A stretch of DNA of 64,000 nucleotides, from positions 416,001 through 480,000 of the forward strand of contig OY762825.2 of assembly GCA_963666425.2 (NCBI GenBank), given 5' to 3'. Below the pieces are notes generated by a model, which was given only the letters and a program-made list of their open reading frames with translations, made no database searches and was not told the DNA's origin. Positions 40,534 to 49,959 of the stretch are shown piece by piece. The position numbers were made by a program, and so were the translations under genes. Position 1 is the stretch's first letter; every line of letters starts with the position of its first letter. Source of the stretch: Bacillota bacterium. Lineage in GTDB: Bacteria > Bacillota > JAAYKD01.

Positions 40534-41013
40534 TTATTCAGAAACTGATTTTTTCTGATAAACATACTTCAGTTCTTTCAGATTTTTCAGCTCGGACAGG
40601 ACTCTTTCTTCGCCGGTGGCAACGAAACCATATTTCTCATAGATTTCCTTTGCTCTCGTATTGAGATTGAGCACCGTCAGAAACGGTGTGGTGTGCTTTT
40701 GCATTTCGGGTACGGCAAAATCCAGCATTTGTCGCCCATAGCCTTTTCCCCAGTGACCGGGCTGCACATAAAGCAAGCCGATTTCACCGGTGGTGAAATT
40801 CAAGCCAACCATCCCGACTGCTGTCTGCTGATCAAAGCAAAGAAAAAGCTTCCAGCCATCCTTTTGCGCCTCCCTCAAAGCCTCGACCTGCCTTGCCGGT
40901 GTGTGCTTTTCTAAAGTGGCCTCCGAAACAAAACTTTGGTGCGAGGATTGCCATGACGCTGCATATATTTTCCCAGCTTCAGCAATGGTCTGTTCGTTCA
41001 TTTTTTGAATCAA
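40534..41013 (-). CDS. GNAT acetyltransferase
   Basis: LYVQPGHWGKGYG and N.RA..IYEKYGF. Confidence 0.9.
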   Translation of the reverse strand: MIQKMNEQTIAEAGKIYAASWQSSHQSFVSEATLEKHTPARQVEALREAQKDGWKLFLCFDQQTAVGMVGLNFTTGEIGLLYVQPGHWGKGYGRQMLDFAVPEMQKHTTPFLTVLNLNTRAKEIYEKYGFVATGEERVLSELKNLKELKYVYQKKSVSE

Positions 41014-41095
41014 ATCATCATAACCTTTCTTTGATGCTCTCTCAGCCTGAATTTTCGAATAGATAATTCATTCGCTTCCAAAGCACAAAAACCTT

Positions 41096-41157
41096 TGTGC
41101 CAGGGGGACGGGGGTGTTGGCACAGGCTTGTGCCAACACCCCCGTCCCCCTGGCACA
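41096..41157. repeat. REPIN-like inverted REP-1 doublet
   Basis: perfect arms, spacer GGCT. Confidence 0.95.
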
Positions 41158-41164
41158 TCGATCT

Positions 41165-42058
41165 TTAACTTCGCTGATTGTTTCCAGCTTTCTTGACCGG
41201 ATGCAATTCAATATAACCTCTGGTCCCAATTGGTTCCAACTGAATCCGCGGATTGCGCTCATCCCAAGCATAACCGATTATAGTTGGGTCGTATTTGCGA
41301 ATTGCCTGCCAAACCTCCTGGATTGCTTGTTCATATTCCTCTTCAGCAAACGGCTCACCCTGAAACATCAGATACTGCGCAGCCGGCAGTTCGATAACAT
41401 CAAACGTTTCGGGGATGACCCCGTCATAATCCAAAGCCACTTCCACTCCCTGCACGTATTCTGACGTATTCGGTTTGATATAAGCCGCTGGTAGCCACAG
41501 ACAAACCGGTTCACCGCTGATCGACTTGATACTGGTCAGCAATCCCCAAATATCACAGCCAACCTCCTCACAATAAGAGAAATATTCGCTCGCCTTGATC
41601 CCCCGTTTTAAAAGAACTTTCCTGGCCGGTTTCTCGATTAGTTGGACAAAGACTGTTTTTACGTGTTCCATCTGTTTCTCCTTCCGCGTATTTTTCGTAC
41701 GAATTCTGTAAGGGGTAAAAAGATAGAGGGGAAGCGGCGATTTAGCATACTCCTTGGGATTACAGCCAAATTCGCGCCAAAACGCACGCTGATAACCGTC
41801 AACACTGCCAAACCCGTTTTCTAAAGCCACATCAATCACTTTGCGCCGCTCATCCCGCAACTGAAGTGCCGATTTAGACAAACGCAGACGCCTGATGTAA
41901 TCGGCAGGCGTGCAGTTCAGCAATTGCGAAAACAATCGGTGCGCATGCCAGGGCGAGAAGTGAGACACCTTAGCCAAATCGGCCAGTGTAATGTTCTCCA
42001 ACAAGTGCTCATCAATATAATCCTGCATTTTTTGAACAGCGTTAATTTGTTCCTCCAT
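41165..42058 (-). CDS. AraC family regulator with effector-binding domain
   Basis: N-terminal AraC HTH (YIRRLRL, GFGSVDGYQRAF). Confidence 0.92.
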   Translation of the reverse strand: MEEQINAVQKMQDYIDEHLLENITLADLAKVSHFSPWHAHRLFSQLLNCTPADYIRRLRLSKSALQLRDERRKVIDVALENGFGSVDGYQRAFWREFGCNPKEYAKSPLPLYLFTPYRIRTKNTRKEKQMEHVKTVFVQLIEKPARKVLLKRGIKASEYFSYCEEVGCDIWGLLTSIKSISGEPVCLWLPAAYIKPNTSEYVQGVEVALDYDGVIPETFDVIELPAAQYLMFQGEPFAEEEYEQAIQEVWQAIRKYDPTIIGYAWDERNPRIQLEPIGTRGYIELHPVKKAGNNQRS

Positions 42059-42130
42059 TTTCCCACCTCCTTACATCCACGATTATAAAGCAGAAAAAAG
42101 AAATCTTCTCGACTATTCTTGCTCAATCCA

Positions 42131-42192
42131 TGTGCCAGGGGGACGGGGGTGTTGGCACACGCTTGTGCCAACACCCCCGTCCCCCTGGCACA
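42131..42192. repeat. REPIN-like inverted REP-1 doublet
   Basis: perfect arms, spacer CGCT. Confidence 0.95.
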
Positions 42193-42195
42193 AGT

Positions 42196-42852
42196 TCAGC
42201 GTTGATCGATTGTTGCCTGTAATTGCTCGTGCCAATTTACTGTATCGTAAATCTGCGGCTCGGTTGTTTCACCAAAAAGCAGGTCAACTAAGTAGCGCGG
42301 GGACTTGCCACCGATATAGATGGATTTGATACAGGAAACACAGTAGACGCAAACCTCGTCACAGGGCATAGAATCAGCCCGTTCCTTCATTTTTCTACCT
42401 ACCTGTTCCACCGACAATTGCGGAAAGAAGCTATCTCCGCAGCAAATAGAACGTGTGCCAGAAAATTCTGTTTCCACCACCTCAATCTTCATCTTTTTCA
42501 ATAAATTACGCACTGCCTGGTGGACTTGCGGCTTTTCGCGCACAGGGCAGGCATCATGGACAGATAATTTCAAGCCATGATAGTCGGGAAAAGAAAACGC
42601 AGGTGAATTGTCCAAGATTTTCCAAAGTGAAATCGTTGAGATTCCTGGATACAGATTGCTAAAACGCCGATCGCAACCGGCACATAGATTTATAATCAAG
42701 GAGCCTGCTTCCAATTGCGGATTATGGCGGCAGCATATCGCATGAAGTTGAACTTCAGCATAATTCTGATTGAGAAAATCAAGAATTTTCTTTTCCGCCT
42801 CCGGCTTATAGATATGTAAAGCACAACCAGCATTGAAATACTTCTTCGGCAT
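42196..42852 (-). CDS. Fe-S binding (CCG domain) protein
   Basis: HDACP, ICCG and YCVSC motifs. Confidence 0.8.
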   Translation of the reverse strand: MPKKYFNAGCALHIYKPEAEKKILDFLNQNYAEVQLHAICCRHNPQLEAGSLIINLCAGCDRRFSNLYPGISTISLWKILDNSPAFSFPDYHGLKLSVHDACPVREKPQVHQAVRNLLKKMKIEVVETEFSGTRSICCGDSFFPQLSVEQVGRKMKERADSMPCDEVCVYCVSCIKSIYIGGKSPRYLVDLLFGETTEPQIYDTVNWHEQLQATIDQR

Positions 42853-43080
42853 CGGACTTTTCCTCCATCTCATCGAATCGCTTGAACATGGATGACAAAC
42901 CAGAAAACACCAATGGTTTTTACTTCCTTGCTAGTGCGGCTCCCTGCTCCATTGCAAACCAGTTTCGGCGTAGTTCCGTTTTCGCCATTGTTTGTTTGAT
43001 TTTTCTGAAACTTGGCGTTGATTCGTTTGCATATTTAAAAACGCAGGTTGTTTTAGAAATGATTTGAAAACAAACTCTGC

Positions 43081-43884
43081 TTACTCCGAACCTTTTTTCT
43101 GCATTTCAGGAAAATCGACTTCCGCCACAACCCCAAAGTGGTCACTTGCCGCAAGCTGAGTTACCGGAGAAACTTCGGTACCAAAGATCTCGACAGACCT
43201 TAACATTTTTTCAGAAAAATCATTCAACAGATAAATCCTATCAGTCACGGTTGGAATTTCTATTGTATTTTTGCCAGCCCAGCGAGGATTGTTGACAAAA
43301 TCAAGCGTTGGCTTCAGCGGCAACCGATTCAATTCAGCGTAGGAACTGGAAAGTTCATGCCAATATGGTTTTGCTTCTTGGCCGCTGAGCGTCTGCTCTC
43401 CGAGTAAATAGCGATGGACACTGGAATTTAGGCTTCCGTTGAAATCGCCAAGCAGAATAAAGTAGTCAACTTCCTTTCTTTGCAGATGGAGGAAGCGATC
43501 AATGGCAACAATCTGTTCTTCTTTTGCTTTTACTGAATCCCAAGGCAAGTGCACATTGGTCAACGAAAAGCTTGAGCCGTCAACCTGAAAAAGCACATTG
43601 CAGGCAAAACTGCAAGCATATTCTGCCTGCTCGTTTAGAAAATAACAGCATTTCAGCGGATACTTACTTAAGGTCGCCAGACCCTCATCCTCATTCTGAT
43701 ACTTTCTGAACTCATGGTAGGGATACTCGGTTGCTTTCTTCGAGAGTTGATGGAAAAAATCTGAAGTTACTTCCTGTAAACCAATCACGTCGGCATTCAC
43801 AGCATTGATTACATCGATCAGCTGATGATCACGATGATGATTATCTTTGCTTTCATTCCACACATTGTACGTCGCAATTTTCAT
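43081..43884 (-). CDS. endonuclease/exonuclease/phosphatase family protein
   Basis: ATYNV, LQEV, GDFN, DRI and SDH motifs. Confidence 0.92.
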   Translation of the reverse strand: MKIATYNVWNESKDNHHRDHQLIDVINAVNADVIGLQEVTSDFFHQLSKKATEYPYHEFRKYQNEDEGLATLSKYPLKCCYFLNEQAEYACSFACNVLFQVDGSSFSLTNVHLPWDSVKAKEEQIVAIDRFLHLQRKEVDYFILLGDFNGSLNSSVHRYLLGEQTLSGQEAKPYWHELSSSYAELNRLPLKPTLDFVNNPRWAGKNTIEIPTVTDRIYLLNDFSEKMLRSVEIFGTEVSPVTQLAASDHFGVVAEVDFPEMQKKGSE

Positions 43885-43906
43885 AGATCAATAACCTCAC
43901 TTGCTT

Positions 43907-45031
43907 CTAAAACAACAGCTCTCCCGGTTTATAGCCTGCGGGTAATTCCTCTTCCACTAAGAATTTGAAATTTTCATCACGCAGGATTGGTAAAAACGCT
44001 TCGTAGGGTACTGCAGAAAATTCAAAGATATAATTGCTGGCACCAAACCACTTGCCATCTTTGCTGCTCAAATTTAAATCTCTGGCAAATTTCGTATAAT
44101 TCGAGCAATCATGCACCGCTACATCCCAGTTCTCTTGATCGGCTATTTTCATGAATTTCAACGTCAATTCCCGGCTCCAAATGGGCGAGAGGTAACCCTG
44201 CCGGGCGATATACATGTTTTCACCATAGAAATTATCGATGTTATTCTCATTGAGGTGTAATTCGGCACAATTGATGAAATCGAGTTTTGTCGCCAAAATT
44301 GCTTGCTTTTTCTGAAAAAACGTTTCGAAAAATTCCGGCGTCATCGGAGTTTCAATGCCCACATTCGGAATATATTGCTTTGCTATTCTGATATTTTCAA
44401 TGACTAAATCGGAACAGTTGGTAGCCCCCAGATTGAAACGCAGTTCGTCTAAACCGGCTTCCGCCAAGGCCTTTAGTGATTCTTCCGTCGCTAAAGTGCC
44501 ATTGGTATAGAGATGCTGATAAACGCCGGCAGCATGGAATTTTTTTATCATCGTGTAGTATTTTTCAATTTCCATAAACGGTTCTAAATAGACATAAGAA
44601 ACACCGGTTGGTTTCTGTTGGATAGCAAGCAATAAATCGATATCCTTTTCATAGAATTTTGTGCCGCCAATGTCCCACATGTCTTCGCCAATGGGCGGCT
44701 GATCGTCAATTTCTCCATAGTTATAACAGAATTTACACTCCAGATTGCAATGATTCGTTTTCCGGATTGCCCCTAAACCAGTACCCAGCAGACAGGAACG
44801 ACAGCCTTTGGGAAATTTACTTTCATTCCCCACAAAAAGCGTTCTCTTTTGCAGATTTTTTAAACCCTTGATCTCGGCCATCAACAGTTCATTTCTATGA
44901 TCAACTGCTGCCTCAATTTGGGCAAAAGTAGCAAAGATAATTTCCTGTTGCTTTGTCATAATATCCTCATCTTCCGGCAATTCCGAAAAAAACTCAAACC
45001 AACTCAAAGCGTCCTTTTTTGAAATTTTCAT
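43907..45031 (-). CDS. radical SAM protein
   Basis: CNLECKFC, YTNG and GLDELRFN. Confidence 0.9.
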   Translation of the reverse strand: MKISKKDALSWFEFFSELPEDEDIMTKQQEIIFATFAQIEAAVDHRNELLMAEIKGLKNLQKRTLFVGNESKFPKGCRSCLLGTGLGAIRKTNHCNLECKFCYNYGEIDDQPPIGEDMWDIGGTKFYEKDIDLLLAIQQKPTGVSYVYLEPFMEIEKYYTMIKKFHAAGVYQHLYTNGTLATEESLKALAEAGLDELRFNLGATNCSDLVIENIRIAKQYIPNVGIETPMTPEFFETFFQKKQAILATKLDFINCAELHLNENNIDNFYGENMYIARQGYLSPIWSRELTLKFMKIADQENWDVAVHDCSNYTKFARDLNLSSKDGKWFGASNYIFEFSAVPYEAFLPILRDENFKFLVEEELPAGYKPGELLF

Positions 45032-45063
45032 TTTAGATCCTCCGCTTATTTTTTATTCTCTGA

Positions 45064-46029
45064 TTATCGCTTCAGACAATCCTCGTTTTCCCGCAATACG
45101 CTCGTGGCAAACCTGGCCTGCCAGAGAAATTCTTTCTGGTCTGAGTCTCGCGCTGACAGCGCCTGGCAATAATAATCGCAGACAGCCAATTGATAATAGT
45201 AAAGCTTGAACAAATTCTCCCTGTCATAATCATTCAGCTCGATAATTTGTGAGTAGTTCAGAACATATTGATCGAATTTATCCCGATCAATTTTTCCGTA
45301 TCTGCTTTCTGGGCAGGCATACAGAAAGGATCTGCTAATTTCCCAAACGACCGGATGCACGCAGGCACAGGTCCAATCGACAATACCGTTAATTGTTTTT
45401 TCACCGCACAACAGTTGATTGATTGTAAAATCGCCGTGCGTGTTTTTACATGTTAAATCCTCAAGTTGAAAAGAAAGATCCGGAAAATGCTCCAATAACG
45501 CAATTCTGTATTGTAAATCATCAACAATCGTTGGCAAACCCTGTTCTTTTGCTTGATCAAGTGTATTTCGATAGGCTTTAATCGCCCTATTCACATTCAT
45601 ATACTGAAAAAATCCTTTTCCCATGCCTTCCGGCAAGGCCGGATATTCTTCAAGCGCCAAATGGATTTTCCCAAGAGCCTCCGCCGATGCTTTCAGCAGC
45701 CAATCCGGCGCCATATGTACTGGATAAGTCTTGCCTTCAAGAAACCTCTGTAGATGATATACTCTGCCGTCATCCAATGCGGTGGTATAACAACCATGCT
45801 TATTTCTTAAGTACTTTGGCACGGGAATCCCTTTCGCATGCAGAAATTCGCAAATCTTATGTTCATTCGCGGGATGATTGGTCGCGTCGGGTTTTACTAT
45901 TTTTAAAAAATACTTCTCGTTTTCATCCTCAACAAAATAGCTTTCTCCGCCTACTCCCAACGAGCATCTGTTGATTGCTTTTGAATTGATGCCATACTCG
46001 TCAAGCAATGCTGTCATTTTTTCTTTCAT
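45064..46029 (-). CDS. APH/homoserine kinase type II family phosphotransferase
   Basis: LGKIH, HGDFTINQ and IVDW. Confidence 0.85.
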   Translation of the reverse strand: MKEKMTALLDEYGINSKAINRCSLGVGGESYFVEDENEKYFLKIVKPDATNHPANEHKICEFLHAKGIPVPKYLRNKHGCYTTALDDGRVYHLQRFLEGKTYPVHMAPDWLLKASAEALGKIHLALEEYPALPEGMGKGFFQYMNVNRAIKAYRNTLDQAKEQGLPTIVDDLQYRIALLEHFPDLSFQLEDLTCKNTHGDFTINQLLCGEKTINGIVDWTCACVHPVVWEISRSFLYACPESRYGKIDRDKFDQYVLNYSQIIELNDYDRENLFKLYYYQLAVCDYYCQALSARDSDQKEFLWQARFATSVLRENEDCLKR

Positions 46030-46112
46030 GGTTTGCTTCTCTCCGCTCTCATTAAAAAATTCTACCGCTTCTCCAATCGGCTGCTGAGCCGTTGTCGATC
46101 GTCTTTTCTAAT

Positions 46113-46970
46113 TCATTCCGGCAAAGCAATGGTTCCTTGCAAAACAACAACCGACTCTCCAATCAGCTGCACTCTCCCCTGCTCTACCAGCCTTAAGACG
46201 ATTTCTCCGCCCCTTTGCGAGGCCTGATAGGCTCTTAACCGATCCTTCTTGAGTAAACCTGCCCAATAAGGCGCCAGCAAAGTGTGCACGGAACCCGTAA
46301 CCGAATCTTCATCGACGCCTGCCCATGGATTAAAGTAGCGAGAAGTGAAATCGTAAGGGTCCTTCCCAAGACAAGTAACGGCCACCCCTTTTATTTTGCT
46401 GCAGTTTCCTTCTTTCATTCTTAAAAAATTTGGATCCAACTGAAGAACATCAGCCAGTGTTTTCAGATGAATCACCAGTTTATTCGTATTTTTACCCCAA
46501 AAAATCGTTTCATAGTGGGATATTCCCATTGCCTTCAATACTTCGAAGGGCGGATTCAGCCCGATTGGTTCATCACTTGGAAAATCAAGCAGAATACCCT
46601 CGCTGGATTTTTGGGCAGTAAGTTTGCCGCTTTTAGTTTCATAGAAAATTGTATCCCATTCAGCACCCAAATGATCAAACAAGACCTTAGAAACAGCAAG
46701 CGTGGCATGCCCGCATAATGCCACTTCTGTTTTTGGAGTAAACCATCTCAATTTGAATCGGTTAGAAGATAACCTTGCTGCGCCTTCGAACGGAAAAACA
46801 AAAGCTGTTTCAGCCAGATTCATCTCAGCGGCAATCAACTGCATGTTCCTTTCACTTATTTCTTTTTCCAAAACACAAACACCTGCAGGATTACCCCGAA
46901 ATGCTTCCTTTGTAAATGCATCAACCTGATAAAACGCTATCTGCATTTTAATCTTCTCCTCATTCGCCAT
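46113..46970 (-). CDS. PhzF family epimerase/isomerase
   Basis: VDAFT, GNPA, ETAF, LCGHAT and EDSVTGS. Confidence 0.93.
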   Translation of the reverse strand: MANEEKIKMQIAFYQVDAFTKEAFRGNPAGVCVLEKEISERNMQLIAAEMNLAETAFVFPFEGAARLSSNRFKLRWFTPKTEVALCGHATLAVSKVLFDHLGAEWDTIFYETKSGKLTAQKSSEGILLDFPSDEPIGLNPPFEVLKAMGISHYETIFWGKNTNKLVIHLKTLADVLQLDPNFLRMKEGNCSKIKGVAVTCLGKDPYDFTSRYFNPWAGVDEDSVTGSVHTLLAPYWAGLLKKDRLRAYQASQRGGEIVLRLVEQGRVQLIGESVVVLQGTIALPE

Positions 46971-46991
46971 ATCATGCACCGGAGCGACAAG

Positions 46992-47570
46992 TCAAATAAA
47001 AAATTGACGATCAGGATGTGCCAACACCCCCGTCCCCTTGGCACAAAAGAGGCTTTTACAATCCCGATTCAGTTTTTTAGCTTTTATTGTAATCAGCAGT
47101 TCTTCTGCGGCGGAAAGAAAGGCAATGCTGCCAAGGATGAGCAACGCAATCCGGCTGCCAAACACTACAATTAAAACCGGTATGGCGAAGAGCAACAACC
47201 CGGTTATTTTATTTAAGTAGGTATGCAAAGCAGAAAAGGTGTGATATTTGAAATAGCCGATGGCATACGCGGTCAGTCTTACGATCGCAATACTTCCTAC
47301 CCAGAACCAGATCCAACTCAGCAGTATTCTCTGCGAAACAATCACTATCGCAATCGCCGCCATAAACACAACATCCGCAATGCTGTCCAGTTTCGCTCCC
47401 AACTCACTCTCCTGCTTCAGGCTTCTTGCCGCAATGCCATCCAGTAAATCGCTGGCACCGGCTAAAGCATAAAAAATCCAAAAGCCTGTGGAAAACGGAT
47501 TGGCGTAAAGCAAGAGCAAAGCAAAAATCATGCGCGACACCGTAATTAAATTTGCCATGTTTCTCATCAT
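46992..47570 (-). CDS. CDP-alcohol phosphatidyltransferase family protein
   Basis: NLIT.SR and SDLLDGIAAR..GAKLDSIAD; tail from CAKGTG onward is REP read-through. Confidence 0.9.
   Translation of the reverse strand: MMRNMANLITVSRMIFALLLLYANPFSTGFWIFYALAGASDLLDGIAARSLKQESELGAKLDSIADVVFMAAIAIVIVSQRILLSWIWFWVGSIAIVRLTAYAIGYFKYHTFSALHTYLNKITGLLLFAIPVLIVVFGSRIALLILGSIAFLSAAEELLITIKAKKLNRDCKSLFCAKGTGVLAHPDRQFFI
47017..47045 (+). repeat. REP-1 singlet inside a gene 3' end
   Basis: exact consensus. Confidence 0.95.
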
Positions 47571-47627
47571 ACCACATCCTTAAAAAATATAACAGTTGCT
47601 TTTGCGCAATTAAATTCACCTTCGGGC

Positions 47628-47656
47628 TGTGCCAACACCCCCGTCCCCCTGGCACA
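47628..47656 (+). repeat. REP-1 singlet
   Basis: exact consensus, next to a terminator-like hairpin (47656-47701). Confidence 0.95.
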
Positions 47657-47736
47657 AAAAAACAGAGGCAGTAAGATTTTCATCTCATTACCTCTGTTAT
47701 TGTAGCACAATATGCTAATGCATGGAGCAGCGCAGT

Positions 47737-48600
47737 TTATTTTTTCTTTACCGGAATCCAAATTTCACTGTAATAATTTTCATCCTGATTTCCTTTTGGA
47801 TATTCTTCTGGGTTATCGTACATTTCAATATTATAACCTGCGGCAATTTCATACTCCTTGCAGTTGGGCAGCCATTCCGAGAAGATTTTTCCGTTTACCT
47901 CCTGCAGCGCTTTGGGCATGGCCCCCTTACAGGCAAAAACTACCCAAGTGTGCTTCGGGATGATTTTGGTGACAAAACCCGGCGGCACTTCGACGGATGG
48001 ATTGTAATTGTCCGCAATCAAATACTCAAATTGATCGGGACCCATGTTCTCATCTATGCACACACCATACATACCACAAACAATTTCGTTCTTTCCTGTT
48101 TGATAATGCTCTGTCCAAAACGCCGGAATCTCTGCTTTTGCAGCATCATAGGAAAACACCTTCGCTGCACCGATGACCGTAAAGGAATCCTTTTCTACAA
48201 TTTTGTAGTCCATGAGATAACCACCTTCCAATGTAAATTTGATTTTGAGAGGCGCAAAGGATTTTATCATGGCGCCCTCTTTCCTAACAGCCGTGGGGGT
48301 GACACTGTGAAAACGAGTGAACGCTTTGGTAAAGCTATCGGGTGAATCATAACCATATTTCAGAGCAATATCAATGATTTTTGCATCCGTAGCAACCAGC
48401 TCGCTGCCGGCAAGCGTGAGTCTGCGTTGTCTGATGTATTCACCAACCGTAAAACCGCAGAGCATGGCAAACCCTTTTTGAAAATAAAACGCCGAAACAA
48501 ATGCCCGTTTGGCAATGCTTTCTATGCTGAGTTCTTCGGTGATATTTTCTTCAATATAGTCGATCGCCTCGCCAATTCCTTCAATCCATCCCACCTTCAT
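47737..48600 (-). CDS. AraC family regulator with GyrI-like domain
   Basis: EYIRQRRLTLA, YGYDSPDSFTKAF and SEIWIPV. Confidence 0.93.
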   Translation of the reverse strand: MKVGWIEGIGEAIDYIEENITEELSIESIAKRAFVSAFYFQKGFAMLCGFTVGEYIRQRRLTLAGSELVATDAKIIDIALKYGYDSPDSFTKAFTRFHSVTPTAVRKEGAMIKSFAPLKIKFTLEGGYLMDYKIVEKDSFTVIGAAKVFSYDAAKAEIPAFWTEHYQTGKNEIVCGMYGVCIDENMGPDQFEYLIADNYNPSVEVPPGFVTKIIPKHTWVVFACKGAMPKALQEVNGKIFSEWLPNCKEYEIAAGYNIEMYDNPEEYPKGNQDENYYSEIWIPVKKK

Positions 48601-48673
48601 TACCTCCTCGCTGTGTTTTCATCTTATCAATTATTCTTCGCTCCTGCCCGACTTTTCCTGCTTTGTTTTGTCT

Positions 48674-48702
48674 TGTGCCAGGGGGACGGGGGTGTTGGCT
48701 CA
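48674..48702 (-). repeat. REP-1 singlet supplying the dinB stop codon
   Basis: identical to 19333-19361. Confidence 0.95.
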
Positions 48703-49944
48703 GTTGGGCTGCATACCGGGCATCAGCAGAATACTGCTGCTGTGCAGCGGCATTTTCAAATTACCCATTAAGGAAGCAGAGATCACCGAACGTTTGCCGT
48801 AGCGTTGACGCAGGATATCGATTGTTTCTTCCAATTTCATCTGACGGTCGTGTTTTTGGTAGTTGTTCAGCAGATCCAGCTGCAAAGGTTCTTCCTGAGG
48901 AATCAGGTTGATGACTCTGACCGTGACCGAGCGGATCGGCAACTGCCACTGATAATTCTCCTGAAAGAGGCTGCGGGCTTTGCAAGCGATTTCCATAATA
49001 CTCTGGCTGGGCATGGCCAGCGGCGCCTGATACTGTTTGACGGTCAGATCATTGCTGCGGGTGGTAATCTGCACGCCACAGGCCATCAGGGCATGCGTGC
49101 GCAGCTTATAGCCGATATCCTGCGACAATTCCAACATCACGTGCCAGACTTCCAGGCTGTTCTGCAAGTCTTCCACACAGGTAATGCCGTGCCCGATGGA
49201 TTTGATTTCCCTTCTGAAATCGCTTGGCTGTACCGAAGCATGATCGTCGCCGTTGGCAAAGCTCCAAATCTGGATGCCGTTGATGCCAAGCAGCTTGCGC
49301 AGCTTTTGCGGATCGGCCCTGGCCAGATCGCCAATGCTGCGAATCCCGATGGCAGCCAGTTTTACGGTGGTGGAACGGCCCACATAGAGCAAATCGCTGA
49401 CCGGCAGCGGCCACAGCTTTTCCCGAAAGTTTTCGATATCGACTACCGTGACGGCATCCGGCTTTTTCAAATCGCTGCCCAGTTTGGCAAAGACTTTATT
49501 AAACGAAACGCCAATGCTGACGGTCAAACCCAACTCATCTTTGACCAAATTGCGGATCCTCTCGGCAATTTCATAGCCTTCTGCAAAATCGGCACAAATC
49601 TTGCTGACATCCAGCCAGCATTCATCCATGCCATAGGGTTCCACCCGTTCGGTAAAGCGGCCGTAAATTTCCCGCACCGCTTTGGATGCTTTGACAAATT
49701 CATTGTAATTGGGCGGCAGCAGAATCACTTCCGGGCAGAGGCGTTTGGCCTGCCAGTTGGCCATGCCGGTTTTAATACCGGCTTCCTTGGCCAATTGGGA
49801 TTTGGCCAGCACAATGCCATGGCGATCGTCGGCACAGCCGCAGACTGCCACTGCTTTGCCCCTGAGAGAGGGGTCGAGCATGCAGGCAACCGAAGCGTAA
49901 AAGGCGTTCAGATCGCTGTGTAAAATGATGCGGTCGCTCTTCAT
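48700..49944 (-). CDS. dinB: Y-family DNA polymerase IV
   Basis: HSDLNAFYASV, YGMDECWLD and AKLGSDLKKPD. Confidence 0.93.
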   Translation of the reverse strand: MKSDRIILHSDLNAFYASVACMLDPSLRGKAVAVCGCADDRHGIVLAKSQLAKEAGIKTGMANWQAKRLCPEVILLPPNYNEFVKASKAVREIYGRFTERVEPYGMDECWLDVSKICADFAEGYEIAERIRNLVKDELGLTVSIGVSFNKVFAKLGSDLKKPDAVTVVDIENFREKLWPLPVSDLLYVGRSTTVKLAAIGIRSIGDLARADPQKLRKLLGINGIQIWSFANGDDHASVQPSDFRREIKSIGHGITCVEDLQNSLEVWHVMLELSQDIGYKLRTHALMACGVQITTRSNDLTVKQYQAPLAMPSQSIMEIACKARSLFQENYQWQLPIRSVTVRVINLIPQEEPLQLDLLNNYQKHDRQMKLEETIDILRQRYGKRSVISASLMGNLKMPLHSSSILLMPGMQPN

Positions 49945-49959
49945 GCAAAAGACCTCCTT

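Noticed and set aside
48805-49923. 372-aa plus-strand ORF
   Set aside because: Antisense shadow of dinB with no recognisable motifs.
19300-49944. Shared minus-strand orientation as evidence for a cassette array
   Set aside because: The pel cluster and adhesin are also on the minus strand, so leading-strand bias explains it equally well.
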